Part shown: piece after piece, positions 1-8,030 of the stretch
Layout: every line of letters begins with the position of its first letter
Position numbering within the stretch: the stretch's first letter is position 1
IMG/VR virus record: IMGVR_UViG_3300025876_000001
Strand: one strand, 5' to 3'
Origin: a virus
Length of the DNA: 33,039 nt
The notes under the pieces: generated by a model
What the model saw: only the letters and a program-made list of their open reading frames with translations
The model's database searches: none
Told to the model about the DNA's origin: nothing
Translations under genes and position numbers: made by a program

Positions 1-127
1 CTATGCCTCCACCTCTCCAAAACAAATTCCAATTTCTTTGACCACTTCCCGTTGTGTCTTCTGCAATAATTACTTGAATATTTGTACCTCCTCCACCTGT
101 ATTTGTTGTGGGTATTTTAACCCAAGC
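1..127. repeat. exact 127-bp terminal direct repeat, copy 1 (identical to 32913..33039)
   Basis: Compared base by base: ctatgcctccacctctccaaaac...gggtattttaacccaagc is present at both window ends. It lies inside a coding sequence. Confidence 0.95.
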
Positions 128-1021
128 GGAAACGCTTATTGTAGATGTAATTCCTAAACTTGCAGTGCCTATAACTACTGCGTCATCAATTCCATCAAGT
201 AATATGGATTTAGTGTTGAATGTTGGCGGTACATCCAAAACCCTTGACGCTTCCGCCATGTTTTGTGTTGTCGCATTATTGCCACCGCTACCTTGATCCG
301 TTAATGTCCAATTTGAACCATCAAATGTTGCTTCTTCGCCCATTCGATACCATATTGTTGGTAATGTACTTAATTCATTTAAGTTGTTAGGAACTCCATT
401 GTTGTATATAGTTTCTATGTCGGTAGAACTTAAGGCACTACTAAAATAGGAAACCTCGTCTACTAATCCATCAAAATAATTTTGGTCTAAATCAGATGTA
501 AAAAGTCTACCTATGTTTATAGAGTCAAAACTTCCCATATCATTTAACCACTTTTGGTCATTGTCAGGCACTGTAAATGTTTGTGCTACTGCTACACCAT
601 CAACATATAGTTGTGGACTTACTCCATCTTGTACTATTGCTAAATGTATCCAAGTTCCTAAACTAAAAGGATTAACGTCTGTAATGACTGAAAATCCCGT
701 AGTTGAAAAAGAAGATGTTCTCATATCTACCTGAAAACCACTTGCAGTTAATGTCAAGTTTAAGTATTGTCTTGTTTGTGTGGATGCACTAAAACAAATT
801 ATTCTTTGTCCATTTACAATGTCATTAGGTTGCAACCATAAAGAAACAGTCCCCTCATTGTCTCCACTAATGGAACTTGATGCACTATTACAATCAATAT
901 AATCATCAACACCATCAAATTCATATGAATAAATATCCTGAAATGATGGCGGTGTTGCACCTCCGGAAATTACCGGTGTGTCAACTTTAAACAAACTATA
1001 TGCACCATTCGAATAAAACAT
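1..1021 (-). CDS. tandem LamG / concanavalin-A-like lectin-fold protein, N-terminal part. The ORF runs off the window start and continues at 32912..32425 across the circular junction (joined 1509 nt, 502 aa).
   Basis: Absent from the ORF track because it has no stop at this end. Manual reverse-strand translation from ATG 1021..1019 (MFYSNGAYSLFKVDTPVISGGATPPSFQDIYSYEFDGVDDYIDC...) is stop-free to base 1. LamG_3-like signature: GTVSLWLQP...GTWIHLAIVQDGVSPQLYVDGV...INIGR...YFDGLVDEVSYFSSALSSTDIETIYNNGVPNNLNELST. Confidence 0.8.
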   Translation of the reverse strand, partial: MFYSNGAYSLFKVDTPVISGGATPPSFQDIYSYEFDGVDDYIDCNSASSSISGDNEGTVSLWLQPNDIVNGQRIICFSASTQTRQYLNLTLTASGFQVDMRTSSFSTTGFSVITDVNPFSLGTWIHLAIVQDGVSPQLYVDGVAVAQTFTVPDNDQKWLNDMGSFDSINIGRLFTSDLDQNYFDGLVDEVSYFSSALSSTDIETIYNNGVPNNLNELSTLPTIWYRMGEEATFDGSNWTLTDQGSGGNNATTQNMAEASRVLDVPPTFNTKSILLDGIDDAVVIGTASLGITSTISVSAWVKIPTTNTGGGGTNIQVIIAEDTTGSGQRNWNLFWRGGGI

Positions 1022-1025
1022 ATTT

Positions 1026-1307
1026 TTACATTCTAATTACAACAATTGATCCGGATGTCAATTGGACACCGCTAAATTTTACACCTCTAATTGGTGCGAT
1101 AATCACACCGGCTTTTATTGTTCCGCCTGATGTCGAAATGTAATCATCTTTCCGGTCACCACCACCAACTTTAATTGATGTAAACACCGAATCTTCCGCA
1201 ACATAAATTGCATCAATTGACGCGGTGAATTCCGTTGTATCATTTACAACATACGTTCCATTTTGTAATGCCATTTCTTCAATCGCATCCAATTGTGAAT
1301 TTCCCAT
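1026..1307 (-). CDS. hypothetical protein (93 aa) in the head module
   Basis: ATG start overlaps the portal stop as TAATG. The stop lies 4 nt before the LamG start. No recognisable motif. Confidence 0.6.
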   Translation of the reverse strand: MGNSQLDAIEEMALQNGTYVVNDTTEFTASIDAIYVAEDSVFTSIKVGGGDRKDDYISTSGGTIKAGVIIAPIRGVKFSGVQLTSGSIVVIRM

Positions 1308-2521
1308 TATTTTTGAGTATTTAAATCCGTTAATATTTTTATTTCATCCGGTGTTAATTCAACACCTAAACCAACAATTTTTTCAAGTGTTTCGGCTTTT
1401 ATCTTTTGCGTTATTGCCTTGCTTTCCATGTCATCTTGTAACACCGGCAAATGTGAAAAATCCGCTTTTAAATAGTAACCATCCGCATCCAATCCAAATT
1501 GCTTCATGATTGAATCGTACATTTGTTGTGTTTCAGGAATGATTGTGTCCTGATAAACCATTCGGATCGAATCACGAACATTGGTAAATGTCGAACCTTT
1601 ATCCGAACTAAATATGTGATATGACAATCCGAACGCATCAATCAATGCAAGTTTGTCCGCCGTTAACTCCTCAAACAACAATAAATCTTTTGTTGGATAT
1701 GACATTGGTTTCCAATCCACATTTGCTTCCGTTATTATTACCTCATCCTTTTGTCTATTGTACCAATCCTTTTGAATCTTCTTTTTTTCTTCCGGTGTCA
1801 TTGGTATCGCACCCCCCAAATCATTATTTTGTGCCGAAAGTATTCCGATTGCACCAATGTTTTCCAACAACACATTTCGCTTGTGATATTGTGCTTTGAT
1901 ATTAGACAACGGATATTTCAATGTTTCAATCCTTGATATTGGTTTGATGATGTTCATTCCATCATCGGTGACCAAATACACCATGTCACGCCAATCAATG
2001 CGTTCTGTGGAATGGTCATCGTATTTGAATGTAAATTTATCAACCAAATCTTCCGCATCCATTTGTTTCAATTTCTTGCCGGTCAAATGAATCTTTACTT
2101 TGTTTGCCGGTAATGGAACAAACAAGTTGTGAATGCCTCCAATCCTTTCAGGTGAATAACAAAATGTATTTGAATACAATGCATCCTGAACACCAATAGA
2201 AAACACCACATCCGACCATGATTGTATCGCGTTTGGATGTTTAATCATGTCAATCATCCAATGTGATTCAACTTTGTCACCATTTTTGTCATATAGACAT
2301 GGAACATTTGCGGACATCATTGACGCACGTTTTTCAATTACCGCACGTAATTCAGGAATTTCGATATACAATTCCCATGCGTTATTCGTGTCAATCCACA
2401 CCGCATCCTTTTTTCCCCAAATTTGCGATTGCATTTGAAACATTCGTGACCAATCATTAATGTATCGGTTATCTTGATTGATCCGAATTCCGAAAAACTT
2501 TTCCCAAAAATTTTGTTGCAT
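1307..2521 (-). CDS. portal protein (HK97-type size class)
   Basis: 404-aa ORF immediately downstream of the large terminase and upstream of the protease/capsid genes. The call rests on position and size, and I could not verify a family motif by eye. Confidence 0.65.
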   Translation of the reverse strand: MQQNFWEKFFGIRINQDNRYINDWSRMFQMQSQIWGKKDAVWIDTNNAWELYIEIPELRAVIEKRASMMSANVPCLYDKNGDKVESHWMIDMIKHPNAIQSWSDVVFSIGVQDALYSNTFCYSPERIGGIHNLFVPLPANKVKIHLTGKKLKQMDAEDLVDKFTFKYDDHSTERIDWRDMVYLVTDDGMNIIKPISRIETLKYPLSNIKAQYHKRNVLLENIGAIGILSAQNNDLGGAIPMTPEEKKKIQKDWYNRQKDEVIITEANVDWKPMSYPTKDLLLFEELTADKLALIDAFGLSYHIFSSDKGSTFTNVRDSIRMVYQDTIIPETQQMYDSIMKQFGLDADGYYLKADFSHLPVLQDDMESKAITQKIKAETLEKIVGLGVELTPDEIKILTDLNTQK

Positions 2522-2539
2522 TATAATTTCATTGTGTTA

Positions 2540-2547
2540 CAAAGTTA
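2540..2547 (-). promoter_or_regulatory. exact TAACTTTG box (Bacteroidota -7-type element) 18 nt upstream of the portal ATG
   Basis: The plus strand reads caaagtta. One of only three exact copies I found, and all three are just upstream of start codons. No good TTTG -33 partner. Confidence 0.3.
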
Positions 2548-2582
2548 ATGATTAAATTTTAAACATTTGATTTGATTAAAAA

Positions 2583-3944
2583 TTAAACAAGATTTCGGAA
2601 CATCGATTGAACGAATAATCCTAAACCGGCAATACAATCCGGTGCATCATCGTTTTTGTTTTTACCCTCTTTTGAATAACTCATTACATTGCTAATAAAC
2701 AATTCACATGATTCGTCGGTTTGTTTCAGGAACGTAAATTTGTTTTGTACGAATGCGGATTGCATAATGATTCGCGTTTGTTTGTTTGTGGTGTTATGTA
2801 CTTGCAATATCTTTGTGCTTGTTTCCTTTTGTAGATGTCGACCAAACATCGCACCCATTGAATTTGATTCGACACGACAATACGATGCACCCCATTGATT
2901 CAGTTTAGACGCACACAAAGGAATTGTGACATCGGTGTTGGCTTTTGACATCAGGTAATCGACCAAATAGAATTGGTTGTTTACAACGGCACAAATCGAC
3001 ATTGCGGTGTAATCCGCTCCCATGTCCGCAACATCAATATATGCGACACACCCTTCAATTGGATGTTCCTTTGTAAGTTGTTCAAATTTGTCCGGATCAA
3101 TGAATGTTAATTCGTTAAATAATCGACCTTTTACATCAATAGGTTCTTGCATATATTCCGCCATCCATATTTCCTTTGCGGTGTGTTTACGCTTGTCAAT
3201 GAACTCTTGTGTTGTCATGACATCAGGACAAAAGGATTCACCGCTTTCAGTTAATGCCGGAATGCTTATTGACCGGTCATAAATGCCTTGTTCGTAATTG
3301 CGACCAATGACATCGTTCAATGACCAACGTGTTCCAATGTCTATTCGTGAGCATCCCGATTCAAAACGTGAATCATGTGTCGATTGCTTCCATTGGTGTA
3401 TGCGGTCATTTATGGTGTCACTCAATGCATCCTCAATACCGCGATATAAGTCATCGGTGATACCAACCTTTGTTGCTCCGAATCCAATGATTGTTCCGCC
3501 AACACCCGCACCAAAATATCCAACTTGTTTTGATTTGTTGGTGTTCCATCCTTGCAAATTCGCTTTGTCATCTGACAACCTGACATCCTTAAAGACACGC
3601 ATAAATTTATCCGATTTGAGTATTGCACGAACGTCATAAGAGAATTTTAAGTACAATGTAGCGGTGCAAGTGTTCCGCATGACCGATTGATCCGGATTTC
3701 TGCCTAATGTCCATGCACAAAATAATGATGTCAAATATGACTTTCCGGCACGAGGCGGTAATGATACCGACAATGATTTTATTTTGCCCTCCTCAATGTC
3801 CTGAAAGGATTGTGCGATGTCCGTAAAAAATTTACGTTGTGAAAAAAAATCATGGTCATAAAACAAACAAAACCGCCAAAAATATCGTTTCGCTAATTCA
3901 ATGCGAACCAATTCTTTTCCGGCATCAATTAGTTCATTACTCAT
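2583..3944 (-). CDS. terL: terminase large subunit
   Basis: 453 aa. Walker A-like LPPRAGKSY, Walker B-like GITDDLY, C-terminal nuclease-like YIDVADMGADYTAM and NDDAPD. The ATG overlaps the TerS stop (ATGAGTAA). Confidence 0.85.
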   Translation of the reverse strand: MSNELIDAGKELVRIELAKRYFWRFCLFYDHDFFSQRKFFTDIAQSFQDIEEGKIKSLSVSLPPRAGKSYLTSLFCAWTLGRNPDQSVMRNTCTATLYLKFSYDVRAILKSDKFMRVFKDVRLSDDKANLQGWNTNKSKQVGYFGAGVGGTIIGFGATKVGITDDLYRGIEDALSDTINDRIHQWKQSTHDSRFESGCSRIDIGTRWSLNDVIGRNYEQGIYDRSISIPALTESGESFCPDVMTTQEFIDKRKHTAKEIWMAEYMQEPIDVKGRLFNELTFIDPDKFEQLTKEHPIEGCVAYIDVADMGADYTAMSICAVVNNQFYLVDYLMSKANTDVTIPLCASKLNQWGASYCRVESNSMGAMFGRHLQKETSTKILQVHNTTNKQTRIIMQSAFVQNKFTFLKQTDESCELFISNVMSYSKEGKNKNDDAPDCIAGLGLFVQSMFRNLV

Positions 3945-4317
3945 TCAATAATGCAATCAGGTCATCCGATGATAAATGTGACAAATCCGGTTGTCCTTTG
4001 TTGATATCGATTTGTTGACGTTCAACATATCCACGTTGTTTTCCTTTGGTCTTTAAATAGAATATTGTCGCGGTTGTTGAACCATCTTTGATTTGTTTAT
4101 ATAGTTGTGATTCGGCAAAATCCAAAGCAATATGTTCGCATTCATCACACGCCTTTTGAAATACCGGATCAGTATTGTAATACTTATAAAAGGTTGTGCG
4201 ACCATGACCGGCAACCTTACACGCTTCCGTAACAACACCCATTGATTTTTGCATTGCCTGAATTAATGCGTCTTTTATGGCTTTTTCTTTTTTACTATGT
4301 TCTTTTTTGTTCGGCAT
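3937..4317 (-). CDS. terS: terminase small subunit-like HTH protein
   Basis: 126 aa directly upstream of TerL and overlapping it. HTH-like VTEACKVAGHGRTTFYKYY and the TerS-typical IFYLKTKGKQRGYVE segment. Confidence 0.6.
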   Translation of the reverse strand: MPNKKEHSKKEKAIKDALIQAMQKSMGVVTEACKVAGHGRTTFYKYYNTDPVFQKACDECEHIALDFAESQLYKQIKDGSTTATIFYLKTKGKQRGYVERQQIDINKGQPDLSHLSSDDLIALLNE

Positions 4318-4321
4318 AAAA

Positions 4322-4329
4322 CAAAGTTA
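4322..4329 (-). promoter_or_regulatory. exact TAACTTTG box 4 nt upstream of the TerS ATG
   Basis: The minus strand reads TAACTTTGTTTTATG. A -33 TTTG is not evident. Confidence 0.3.
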
Positions 4330-4336
4330 ATGATTT

Positions 4337-4573
4337 TTAGAATAACCACATTTGAACCAATTTAAAAAGGGAATACAATACAAGGCAAGTGAACACCCTT
4401 AACAATGAATACATGAACATTTGTGTGTTGTCCAACCAAATTTTCAATCGTTTTGATTCCATCCAAAAAAGGAATATCAGGATGAACCGGTCACACATGA
4501 ATATTGCAATGAATATTGGTAATAATATAAATCCGGCAATTGCTCTTAATACTTGTTTTATCTTGTTATTCAT
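4337..4573 (-). CDS. small membrane protein (78 aa)
   Basis: Two long hydrophobic stretches (GFILLPIFIAIFMC, LLRVFTCLVLYSLF). ATG start. Confidence 0.55.
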   Translation of the reverse strand: MNNKIKQVLRAIAGFILLPIFIAIFMCDRFILIFLFWMESKRLKIWLDNTQMFMYSLLRVFTCLVLYSLFKLVQMWLF

Positions 4574-4579
4574 AGTGTT

Positions 4580-4705
4580 TTACTTTTTACCTTGACCTTT
4601 GTATCGTTTCTTATAGTTTTTAGACGTCTTTAAACGACTTGTTTTCGTTTTCGAATGTATTCCGGTACGTTTAATTTTATCTTGCTTTAAAACGGATGTT
4701 TTCAT
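4580..4705 (-). CDS. very basic 41-aa protein (below the ORF-track size cut-off)
   Basis: Manual translation: MKTSVLKQDKIKRTGIHSKTKTSRLKTSKNYKKRYKGQGKK, with 16 K/R of 41 residues. The stop is 6 nt before the next ATG. Confidence 0.35.
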   Translation of the reverse strand: MKTSVLKQDKIKRTGIHSKTKTSRLKTSKNYKKRYKGQGKK

Positions 4706-4759
4706 TTCATTATTTTAAAAGAAAGGGACATGGAAAAAATGGAAATTTTAGATATTATC

Positions 4760-4771
4760 GTCAAACAATTA
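4760..4771 (+). promoter_or_regulatory. copy E of the 12-nt motif GTCAAACAATTA, inverted relative to gene direction
   Basis: Exact 12-mer on the plus strand, inside the 4706..4791 intergenic gap and within the loop of the 4725..4787 hairpin. Confidence 0.35.
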
Positions 4772-4791
4772 TCGAAAACCATGCCCCCTAT

Positions 4792-5052
4792 TTAGTTATT
4801 ATTGTTCCTCATATTATTAACTATGTTGAACAATGTTGTGTCATTAAATACGCATTCGCACATTAATTGAATTCCGCCATGCTTTGTCAATATTTCCATC
4901 ACTTCATACGTTCCTGATTGGTGTTCGAATCGTGATCCAACCGGCAACATAAAAGGTGACACACGCATTTCAACTTTTGTGTCTTTAATCAAATACAAAT
5001 CGACCAAAAATTCACACGTTTCATCATTTATGAAAGGATATCCATCATTCAT
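4792..5052 (-). CDS. hypothetical protein (86 aa from ATG 5052; alternative start ATG 5130 gives 112 aa)
   Basis: The long version overlaps the upstream gene by 86 nt. The internal ATG gives an ATGAATGA junction, the same junction seen at 12533/12540. Third-codon-position A/T is higher for the upstream gene's frame across the overlap. Confidence 0.55.
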   Translation of the reverse strand: MNDGYPFINDETCEFLVDLYLIKDTKVEMRVSPFMLPVGSRFEHQSGTYEVMEILTKHGGIQLMCECVFNDTTLFNIVNNMRNNNN

Positions 5053-5317
5053 TGTTTTTATCCTTTTGCTTTTCAAACCATATTGAATGAATTTGTCCAA
5101 AAAACTTTGTTCGTGCAATTTTGATTCCATTATTTTCCGCTAAATTAACAAATTCATTTAATTTATCATCAAGTGAATGTGCTTTCCATAGTATTCCGGC
5201 ACGTTTAATTGTGTAATCTGCACAAAATTGTATTGTTCCGGCATCAATACCGCAGTCATCCAACAATTTTTCAATTGATACTCTAATCGGATAACCATTT
5301 CGATATTGAACAACCAT
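5045..5317 (-). CDS. hypothetical protein (90 aa)
   Basis: ATG start preceded by TAACTTTGTTAC. No recognisable motif. Confidence 0.55.
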   Translation of the reverse strand: MVVQYRNGYPIRVSIEKLLDDCGIDAGTIQFCADYTIKRAGILWKAHSLDDKLNEFVNLAENNGIKIARTKFFGQIHSIWFEKQKDKNNE

Positions 5318-5321
5318 GTAA

Positions 5322-5329
5322 CAAAGTTA
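5322..5329 (-). promoter_or_regulatory. exact TAACTTTG box 4 nt upstream of the ATG at 5317
   Basis: The minus strand reads AATAACTTTGTTACATG. It overlaps the stop of the upstream nuclease gene. Confidence 0.3.
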
Positions 5330-5689
5330 TTCATAAAATTTGAATTTTTCATTTGGCACAAAAATCATCATTTCTTGGTCATTAGACGAACCCTCGCGAA
5401 CTTTACGACCACCAACACGTTTTTCACCGCTTATTTCATTCCGGTTGATGTAAACCAATTTATCTTTCCATTGAATGAACAAGTATGTTGGCAATGGTTT
5501 TTCCATCATTTTCCGGTACTTTATGCATGAAACCATTGTTGTCGGATAATCATCATGATTTCCATTATAACATTTTATCTCAATGTAACACAAACCGGTT
5601 TTTTTATGGTTTTTAAAATCGTAAACCAAAAAATCCAAATCATGTTCACCTAATTTTTTAAATTGTCCATCAGGACAAATGCGATTCAT
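5327..5689 (-). CDS. PD-(D/E)XK nuclease-fold protein (VRR-NUC/Hjc-like)
   Basis: D...E.K pattern in GEHDLDFLVYDFKNHKKTGLCYIEIKC. The track start at 5794 is a TTG that overlaps the HTH gene by 71 nt, so I prefer ATG 5689 (MNRICPDG...). Confidence 0.45.
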   Translation of the reverse strand: MNRICPDGQFKKLGEHDLDFLVYDFKNHKKTGLCYIEIKCYNGNHDDYPTTMVSCIKYRKMMEKPLPTYLFIQWKDKLVYINRNEISGEKRVGGRKVREGSSNDQEMMIFVPNEKFKFYE

Positions 5690-5723
5690 GACTTTTAATT
5701 CATTTTCAACGTCTTTTTCGCTT

Positions 5724-5936
5724 TCAAACCTTATTTTCAAAATATTTTCCGATTTTCTGAATTGTTTTTGAATGCAAACCACGTTCCGGATCAATACGAT
5801 TTAGGAACATCCACATTTGGTTTTGTTGAACACCGGCATCCTTGCAAAATTGGTTCAAGGATTTACCGGTGTTTTTCAAATGGTCATTGATTGCTTTTCG
5901 CAATTCTTTGTTTATACTTGATAAGAGTAATTTCAT
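5724..5936 (-). CDS. XRE/Cro-like helix-turn-helix DNA-binding protein (70 aa)
   Basis: The segment GKSLNQFCKDAGVQQNQMWMFLN looks like HTH helices 2 and 3. The ATG overlaps the SSB stop as TAATG. Confidence 0.55.
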   Translation of the reverse strand: MKLLLSSINKELRKAINDHLKNTGKSLNQFCKDAGVQQNQMWMFLNRIDPERGLHSKTIQKIGKYFENKV

Positions 5937-6277
5937 TAAAACGGCATATCATCATCCGGTTCACTTACTTTTGTAGGTTGTTCCGGTGCGTTTTGTTCAA
6001 CTTTGATTGTTTCCACTTTCCAAATTTCAATGGTGTTAAAATATTTAACGGAATTGTCTTTTGGATTTGTCCATTCACGACCACGAATATTGATTGACGC
6101 ATCAATTTCATCACCGACATTTGATTCATCAAGCAAAATGCATTTGTCTTGTGTCAACTGACAACCGATTAATTGTGGATAATCACCACCGGTGCGAATT
6201 ACGACCTCGCGTTTCTGAAATTTTTCACTAATTTTTTGGACTTCGCCCACTTTGTAAATTGTACCTTGTACGTTCAT
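5936..6277 (-). CDS. ssb: single-stranded DNA-binding protein, DUF3127-type OB fold with an SSB-like acidic tail
   Basis: F.KRE..I.T..DYPQ....L..DK...L......GD.I...INI.GREW......KYFN...WKV pattern typical of Bacteroidota DUF3127. C-terminus ends EPDDDMPF (compare the bacterial SSB tail DDDIPF). Confidence 0.7.
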   Translation of the reverse strand: MNVQGTIYKVGEVQKISEKFQKREVVIRTGGDYPQLIGCQLTQDKCILLDESNVGDEIDASINIRGREWTNPKDNSVKYFNTIEIWKVETIKVEQNAPEQPTKVSEPDDDMPF

Positions 6278-6279
6278 AT

Positions 6280-6543
6280 TTATTTATTTATTAATTGTTT
6301 ACTTGTTTTTATATCGACATTTGTTTTGCTAAAATCATCATCATTGATGTCGATGTCAATTTCAACGATTTCAATTTCATGTACTTTGGCATGAATTAAC
6401 AATGTTCCGTATGTTTCCGCTTCGGTGAAATCTTCACATTGTTGAATGTTGATGTTAAAATAATTCATCAAATCATCTTGATTGTTAAATTCCATAATAT
6501 CAACACCATTCGAATATTGTATTAAAAGATATTTTTTTGTCAT
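6280..6543 (-). CDS. acidic hypothetical protein (87 aa from ATG 6543)
   Basis: The track start at 6609 is a TTG. ATG 6543 (MTKKYLLIQY) forms an ATGA overlap with the small upstream ORF. Confidence 0.5.
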   Translation of the reverse strand: MTKKYLLIQYSNGVDIMEFNNQDDLMNYFNINIQQCEDFTEAETYGTLLIHAKVHEIEIVEIDIDINDDDFSKTNVDIKTSKQLINK

Positions 6544-6698
6544 AATCTTTCGATTTTTTTGATTAATCCGTTCCAATACGGAAATTGTTCTTTTGCATTT
6601 GCCTTGCAATATGCCTTAATTGTCATTTTAAGCGTTTCTAATGGCTTTAATGCCTTGTTGTGCTTGTAGACTACATAGTGAATTAAATAATCGTTCAT
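6540..6698 (-). CDS. hypothetical 52-aa protein (below the ORF-track cut-off)
   Basis: Manual translation: MNDYLIHYVVYKHNKALKPLETLKMTIKAYCKANAKEQFPYWNGLIKKIERL. It fills the gap between the exonuclease stop and the next gene, with an ATGA coupling at its 3' end. Confidence 0.4.
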   Translation of the reverse strand: MNDYLIHYVVYKHNKALKPLETLKMTIKAYCKANAKEQFPYWNGLIKKIERL

Positions 6699-6704
6699 AT
6701 CGCT

Positions 6705-7433
6705 TTAAACTTGTTCAAACATTTCATCAAACAATTCCCTTGCACGTTCTATTCGTTCACATATTTGTTCAATCAATTCATCATCGCGTTCGATTATGAA
6801 CCTTTTAACGCGTTTGTGTTTTGGTATTTTATCAAATATTGAATCTGACATCACACGCCTTTCCGCTTCCATTTCCGCCATTGTAAATGCATCCTCCATT
6901 CCTTTTTCGGTGTATTTTGGTTCTTTTAACAATTGATATGTGACTTTTTGAATTTCATCCGCGATAATGTGATCCGGTGTGTTTGTTAAACAATACACCA
7001 ATTCGCATTGCTTGTGTCCTGAAAGCATCATGTAAGCATTCATTTGATGCAAATATGCCTTGTTTTTGACTTCGGTATCAAAAAATGTTTTGAAATATGT
7101 ATGCGATGAAAACGAACATTTGATGTCACCCAATATTGATTGATTAATGTCAGGTTCGCCGGTTAAATAATCATTGAATAAACGAACTTTTGGTGCATCG
7201 ATATCGATATCCCAATCAAACACATCTTTTGCCAATTGCATTCCCTCACGTTCGTTTAAAATGCCCTTTTCCAAATGTTTTGATGTTATCATTGGCGGTT
7301 CAATTCCGTATTTGTGAAATAATACGCTTTCCTGAATCATTTTTAATGCGGTGTCACCGAATTCTTTTCCGCGACCTTTTGTCATTAATGCACCAAGTTG
7401 TGATGGTCTGACCAACCAATTATGCTTTTTCAT
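6705..7433 (-). CDS. YqaJ/lambda-Exo-like recombination exonuclease (PD-(D/E)XK)
   Basis: 242 aa with LTGEPD...LGDIKCSFS catalytic-type motifs and an N-terminal RPSQLGALMTKGRG segment. Translationally coupled (ATGA) to the ERF gene. Confidence 0.7.
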   Translation of the reverse strand: MKKHNWLVRPSQLGALMTKGRGKEFGDTALKMIQESVLFHKYGIEPPMITSKHLEKGILNEREGMQLAKDVFDWDIDIDAPKVRLFNDYLTGEPDINQSILGDIKCSFSSHTYFKTFFDTEVKNKAYLHQMNAYMMLSGHKQCELVYCLTNTPDHIIADEIQKVTYQLLKEPKYTEKGMEDAFTMAEMEAERRVMSDSIFDKIPKHKRVKRFIIERDDELIEQICERIERARELFDEMFEQV

Positions 7434-8020
7434 AATTCAATGTTTTTAAGTTCAACAATTTGTTTGTCAGTCAATGCAAATTCCTTTTTTGCTTTTTCAA
7501 TGGTGTAATCACCTTTTTGTATTGCACCACACATTCGAATAAATTGTGCATCCGGTAGTGTTTTTTTAGTGTTTACCGGTGCGGATTGTTTTCCATGTGT
7601 GTTTGTCGCGTCACTATCTTTTTGGTCATCGATTAACCACATTGCACCGCATGAGTATTTCCGCGAATACGATGATGATGAACCAAAACATTGTGCCAAA
7701 TCCATTCCTTTTTTGCTCGGATCAATACCGGCTTGTGCTTTAGTTGTCAATTTATCCTTTCCATCACCAACAACACACGTTGATTGAACGAATATAACAC
7801 CGCCCAATTCCATTATTTCATCTTCAAATACCATGAACAAACCATGTTTCGCCAAATGCGGTTTCAATGCGGTTTGTATATCCTCTAAAGAACGATATTT
7901 GTATTTACCAAAAGAATTGAATTGATTTTTTGGTGCTTTCAATTCCGATTGTATCCAAATGATTTTGTCAACGAATGACATTGTTTTTTTAGTTGTTTTT
8001 TTTGTTGTTTTCTTTTCCAT
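7430..8020 (-). CDS. erf: ERF-family single-strand annealing protein
   Basis: IQSELKAPKNQFNSFGKYKYRSLEDIQTALKPHLAKHGL matches the conserved ERF N-terminal core as I remember it. It is paired with an exonuclease. Confidence 0.75.
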   Translation of the reverse strand: MEKKTTKKTTKKTMSFVDKIIWIQSELKAPKNQFNSFGKYKYRSLEDIQTALKPHLAKHGLFMVFEDEIMELGGVIFVQSTCVVGDGKDKLTTKAQAGIDPSKKGMDLAQCFGSSSSYSRKYSCGAMWLIDDQKDSDATNTHGKQSAPVNTKKTLPDAQFIRMCGAIQKGDYTIEKAKKEFALTDKQIVELKNIEL

Positions 8021-8030
8021 TTTTATTTAT

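Noticed and set aside
6174-6182. Exact DnaA-box 9-mers (TTATCCACA) at 6174..6182 (reverse strand) and 13754..13762
   Set aside because: They are two isolated copies inside coding sequences about 7.5 kb apart. They are not clustered or next to an AT-rich unwinding region, so they are compatible with chance in an AT-rich genome.
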